This document shows positions 29,960 through 32,709 of a DNA stretch of 32,709 nucleotides, piece after piece (the first letter of the stretch is position 1; each line of letters begins with the position of its first letter). The DNA is from Gammaproteobacteria bacterium (lineage in GTDB: Bacteria > Pseudomonadota > Gammaproteobacteria > SURF-13), in NCBI GenBank assembly GCA_039915825.1, contig JBDSMM010000070.1, positions 1-32,709 on the forward strand. Reading direction: 5' to 3'. The position numbers and the translations under genes are program-made. The notes below the pieces were generated by a model. It was not told the origin of the DNA. It saw nothing but the letters and a program-made list of their open reading frames with translations, and made no database searches.

Positions 29960-32071
29960 TTGAACAAACCAATTCGTGTCCTTTACGTGGATGACTCACC
30001 ACTCGATCGCGCCCTGGTGCATGATGCCTTGATGTTGGAACACACCGAATTTAGTCTCACCGTGGCGACCTCGTGTGCTGAATTTGAGGTATGTTTATCT
30101 TCAGGCGATTACGATTTAATACTAAGTGACTGCAATATCCTCGGCTACGAAGGCCTGCAAGTGCTCGATACGGTTAGGGCGATTGCCGCACATATACCGG
30201 TAGTGATTGTCACCGGCACCGGCTCGGAAGAGATAGCCGTGGAGTGCATGAAGCGCGGCGCGGCTGATTACGTCATCAAGAGCCCCCGGCACATACAGCG
30301 TCTGCCGCTTACCATTCACGCAGTGCTTGAGCGAAAGCGCCTGCAAGATGAGCATAAATTCACCTATCACGCCCTACAGGCCAGCGAGCAACGCTTCCGC
30401 TCGCTTATCGAGAATAGTTCGGATGCCATCGCGCTATTCACTACCGATGGTACCGTTTTATACGCCAGCCCGGCCACCACGCGAATTTTAGGGTATGAAC
30501 TGAGCGAATTCGTTGGCCGTAGCGTCTTTGATTTCGTTCATCCGGATGACCACGAAATGGTAATGAGCCGCCTGCACGAGGTAGTGCAGAAGCCGGACGC
30601 TATGATTAAGGTCAGCGCTTACTTCAGGCATAAAGACGACTCCTGGCGCTTTCTGGAGGGCATTTTTAATAATTTGCTGGATGATCCCAGTGTAGGGGCG
30701 ATTGTCAATAACTATAGAGACCTCACTGATGCCAGGCACTACCAGGAACAACTGGAGTACCAAGCCAATCATGACACGCTCACAGGGTTATCCAACCGTA
30801 ATTTATTGCACGATCGGCTCAGCCAGGCCATCGTTTACGCACAGCGCTACCAACGTCTGGTCGTCGTGGCATTTATTGATCTGGATAATTTTAAAATTAT
30901 CAATGACAGTCTCGGTCACAACGTAGGCGATCAATTGCTGAAAATGGTTGCCGCCCGATTAACGGAGAGCATGCGTAAAGGCGATACCGTTGCGCGTCAT
31001 GGTGGCGATGAATTTGTTTTAATCCTGAATGATCAGGAGAGCATGGAAACCATCACTTATGTGATGCGCAAGATTCTCGATATTGTCTCTTTACTGTTTC
31101 TTGTTGAGGGAAGAGAAATCTATATTACCTGCAGTATCGGTTTTAGCATTTATCCACAAGACGGCAAGGATGCGGAGACACTGTTAAAAAATGCCGATGC
31201 CGCCATGTATCGTGCGAAGGAAAACGGACGCGATAATTTCCAATTCTTTACGGCCGAGATGAACACCAAAGTCAATGAACGCTTAATGTTGGAAGGAACC
31301 CTACGCCAGGCTTTAGAGCACAATGAATTTTTTCTGAACTACCAGCCGCTGGTCGATCTGCGCTCGGGCCGCATTATCGGCGTGGAGGCACTGATAAGAT
31401 GGCGGCACCCTCAGCTCGGCATAGTTTCACCGGCCCAGTTTATACCGCTGGCGGAGGAAACCGGCTTGATTGTCGCTATTGGCGCGTGGGTACTGAAAAA
31501 TGCCTGCACACAGAACAAGGCCTGGCAAGAGGCCGGTTTTGATCCTATCAACGTCGCCGTTAATTTATCGGCACGTCAATTCAGGCAAAAAGACTTAGTA
31601 GAATCGATAGCTCAAATATTGCACGACACTCGCCTGGAAGCGTGTTACCTGGATCTGGAATTAACTGAAAGCATGGTCATGCACAACGCTGAAGAGGTGA
31701 TTAGTACATTACAGGAATTAAAGTCCATGGGAGTCGGACTCTCGATCGATGATTTCGGGACCGGTTATTCCAGCCTGAGTTATTTAAAGCGCCTTCCTGT
31801 TGGCCGGCTCAAGATAGACCAATCCTTTGTGCGCGATATTACTGAAGACCCTGACGATGCAGTGATTGCACAGGCAGTCATATCGCTCGCCCATAGCTTG
31901 AATCTTAAGGTGATTGCCGAGGGTGTGGAGACAGCGGAGCAATTAGATTTTCTGCGCGCACATCATTGTGATGAAATGCAGGGTTATTATTTTAGCCGTC
32001 CTGTATCGGCGGAGCTGTTTGCTGAGCTACTGAGTAATAAAAAAACCTTGCAGCGGTTTAACTATAACTAA
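29960..32071 (+). CDS. Response regulator REC-PAS-GGDEF-EAL (c-di-GMP turnover)
   Basis: The TTG start at 29960 lies 2 nt after the upstream stop, which suggests translational coupling. REC has VLYVDDSPLD and LILSDCNI. The PAS domain follows. GGDEF has RKGD-x5-GGDEF (RHGGDEFVLIL). EAL has EALIRW, DDFGTGYSSLSYLKRL and QGYYFSRP. Confidence 0.9.
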   Translation: MNKPIRVLYVDDSPLDRALVHDALMLEHTEFSLTVATSCAEFEVCLSSGDYDLILSDCNILGYEGLQVLDTVRAIAAHIPVVIVTGTGSEEIAVECMKRGAADYVIKSPRHIQRLPLTIHAVLERKRLQDEHKFTYHALQASEQRFRSLIENSSDAIALFTTDGTVLYASPATTRILGYELSEFVGRSVFDFVHPDDHEMVMSRLHEVVQKPDAMIKVSAYFRHKDDSWRFLEGIFNNLLDDPSVGAIVNNYRDLTDARHYQEQLEYQANHDTLTGLSNRNLLHDRLSQAIVYAQRYQRLVVVAFIDLDNFKIINDSLGHNVGDQLLKMVAARLTESMRKGDTVARHGGDEFVLILNDQESMETITYVMRKILDIVSLLFLVEGREIYITCSIGFSIYPQDGKDAETLLKNADAAMYRAKENGRDNFQFFTAEMNTKVNERLMLEGTLRQALEHNEFFLNYQPLVDLRSGRIIGVEALIRWRHPQLGIVSPAQFIPLAEETGLIVAIGAWVLKNACTQNKAWQEAGFDPINVAVNLSARQFRQKDLVESIAQILHDTRLEACYLDLELTESMVMHNAEEVISTLQELKSMGVGLSIDDFGTGYSSLSYLKRLPVGRLKIDQSFVRDITEDPDDAVIAQAVISLAHSLNLKVIAEGVETAEQLDFLRAHHCDEMQGYYFSRPVSAELFAELLSNKKTLQRFNYN

Positions 32072-32241
32072 AAGGTGAGGGGCTACCTCATCATGATAAT
32101 GGTTGGGCTTATGAAATTATCCATGCGCAACGTGAAAAAATAGCAGGGTCACAAACCTGACGCATCTGGGTAGTGCAACACAAGCACGATTTCGGAGTCA
32201 GATCTAGTATTGGCCAGGGAGTGCAAGACAGTCAACCCGTT

Positions 32242-32709
32242 ATGGGACTCGAGACCTACAGAAAAAAGCGTAATTTTCGCGCGACACCGGAGCCGGCTGG
32301 CAAGGAAAAAAGGCAGGCCTCTGGACACTTATTCGTCATTCAAAAACATGCCGCGCGTAAATTGCACTACGATTTCCGGCTGGAACTCGACGGCACGCTC
32401 AAGAGCTGGGCCGTGCCCAAGGGTCCAAGCCTTGATCCGGGTCAAAAACGCCTTGCTGTGCATGTGGAAGATCATCCCCTCGAGTACGCGGATTTTGAAG
32501 GCATCATTCCTCCCCATCAATACGGCTCCGGCACCGTCATGGTATGGGACCAGGGCACTTGGGAGGCTATCGGCGATGCCCAGGAAGGCTATGCGAAAGG
32601 CCGGCTCAAATTCCGCCTGGCCGGAAAAAAACTGCACGGCACCTGGATGCTCGCGCGCATGGGCGGCAAGGCCAACGCCGATGAAGACAATTGGCTGCTG
32701 ATAAAGGAA
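32242..32709 (+). CDS. ligD: ATP-dependent DNA ligase LigD, N-terminal 3'-phosphoesterase domain; continues past the window end
   Basis: I translated from the ATG at 32242: MGLETYRKKRNFRATPEPAGKEKRQASGHLFVIQKHAARKLHYDFRLELDGTLKSWAVPKGPSLDPGQKRLAVHVEDHPLEYADFEGIIPPHQYGSGTVMVWDQGTW... This is the hallmark LigD PE-domain sequence, and the frame is open to 32709. The track ORFs here (32210..32701 + and 32329..32637 -) are out-of-frame shadows. Confidence 0.92.
   Translation, partial: MGLETYRKKRNFRATPEPAGKEKRQASGHLFVIQKHAARKLHYDFRLELDGTLKSWAVPKGPSLDPGQKRLAVHVEDHPLEYADFEGIIPPHQYGSGTVMVWDQGTWEAIGDAQEGYAKGRLKFRLAGKKLHGTWMLARMGGKANADEDNWLLIKE

Noticed and set aside
32210-32701. 163-aa plus-strand ORF and the overlapping 102-aa minus-strand ORF offered by the track at the right edge
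   Set aside because: The frame starting at 32242 gives an unmistakable LigD phosphoesterase domain and is open to the window end. The listed ORFs are alternative-frame artefacts.
1-32709. Whole-window scan for CRISPR arrays, restriction-modification, toxin-antitoxin pairs, retron-like ncRNA plus RT, integrases and transposases
   Set aside because: No spacer-repeat periodicity is present, and none of the ORFs longer than 60 aa shows hallmark motifs of these classes. Apart from 18.5-18.95 kb, every sizeable intergenic gap is under 370 nt and lacks extended structure.

Overview
This window looks like chromosomal DNA from a beta- or gammaproteobacterium, and about two thirds of it is conserved housekeeping synteny. 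Positions 1-7.7 kb carry uppS(partial)-frr-pyrH-tsf-rpsB on the minus strand, divergent from map-glnD. A 7TM-PAS-GGDEF-EAL protein and an EamA transporter follow. Next come dapC-dapD-yffB-dapE, a rhodanese gene, and recR-ybaB-dnaX-ffs on the minus strand. A tRNA-Ser(GGA) gene follows, then fbp, a Sel1-repeat protein and uup. From about 23.4 kb the content is more accessory: a secreted EF-hand protein, a single-EamA-domain membrane ORF and a Y-family (DinB-like) polymerase. The polymerase is divergent from a small Cys-rich ORF plus ku. Downstream lie a multi-PAS histidine kinase, a stand-alone receiver, a REC-PAS-GGDEF-EAL protein, and the 5' end of ligD, which runs off the window. I see no CRISPR array, integrase, transposase, phage genes or recognisable defence or toxin-antitoxin modules. 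Two places deserve a second look. (1) Positions 18.56-18.95 kb, between ffs and tRNA-Ser, hold two tandem ~110-nt paralogous structured elements built partly from tRNA-Ser fragments. They include an exact 26-bp duplication of the tRNA 3' end, and each is followed by a perfect 19-bp hairpin. (2) The NHEJ locus has ku and ligD separated by a three-gene c-di-GMP/two-component cassette, and flanked by a Y-family polymerase and an uncharacterised Cys-rich ORF. Neither amounts to a demonstrated novel system. All calls come from reading the sequence and ORF translations, with no database searches.
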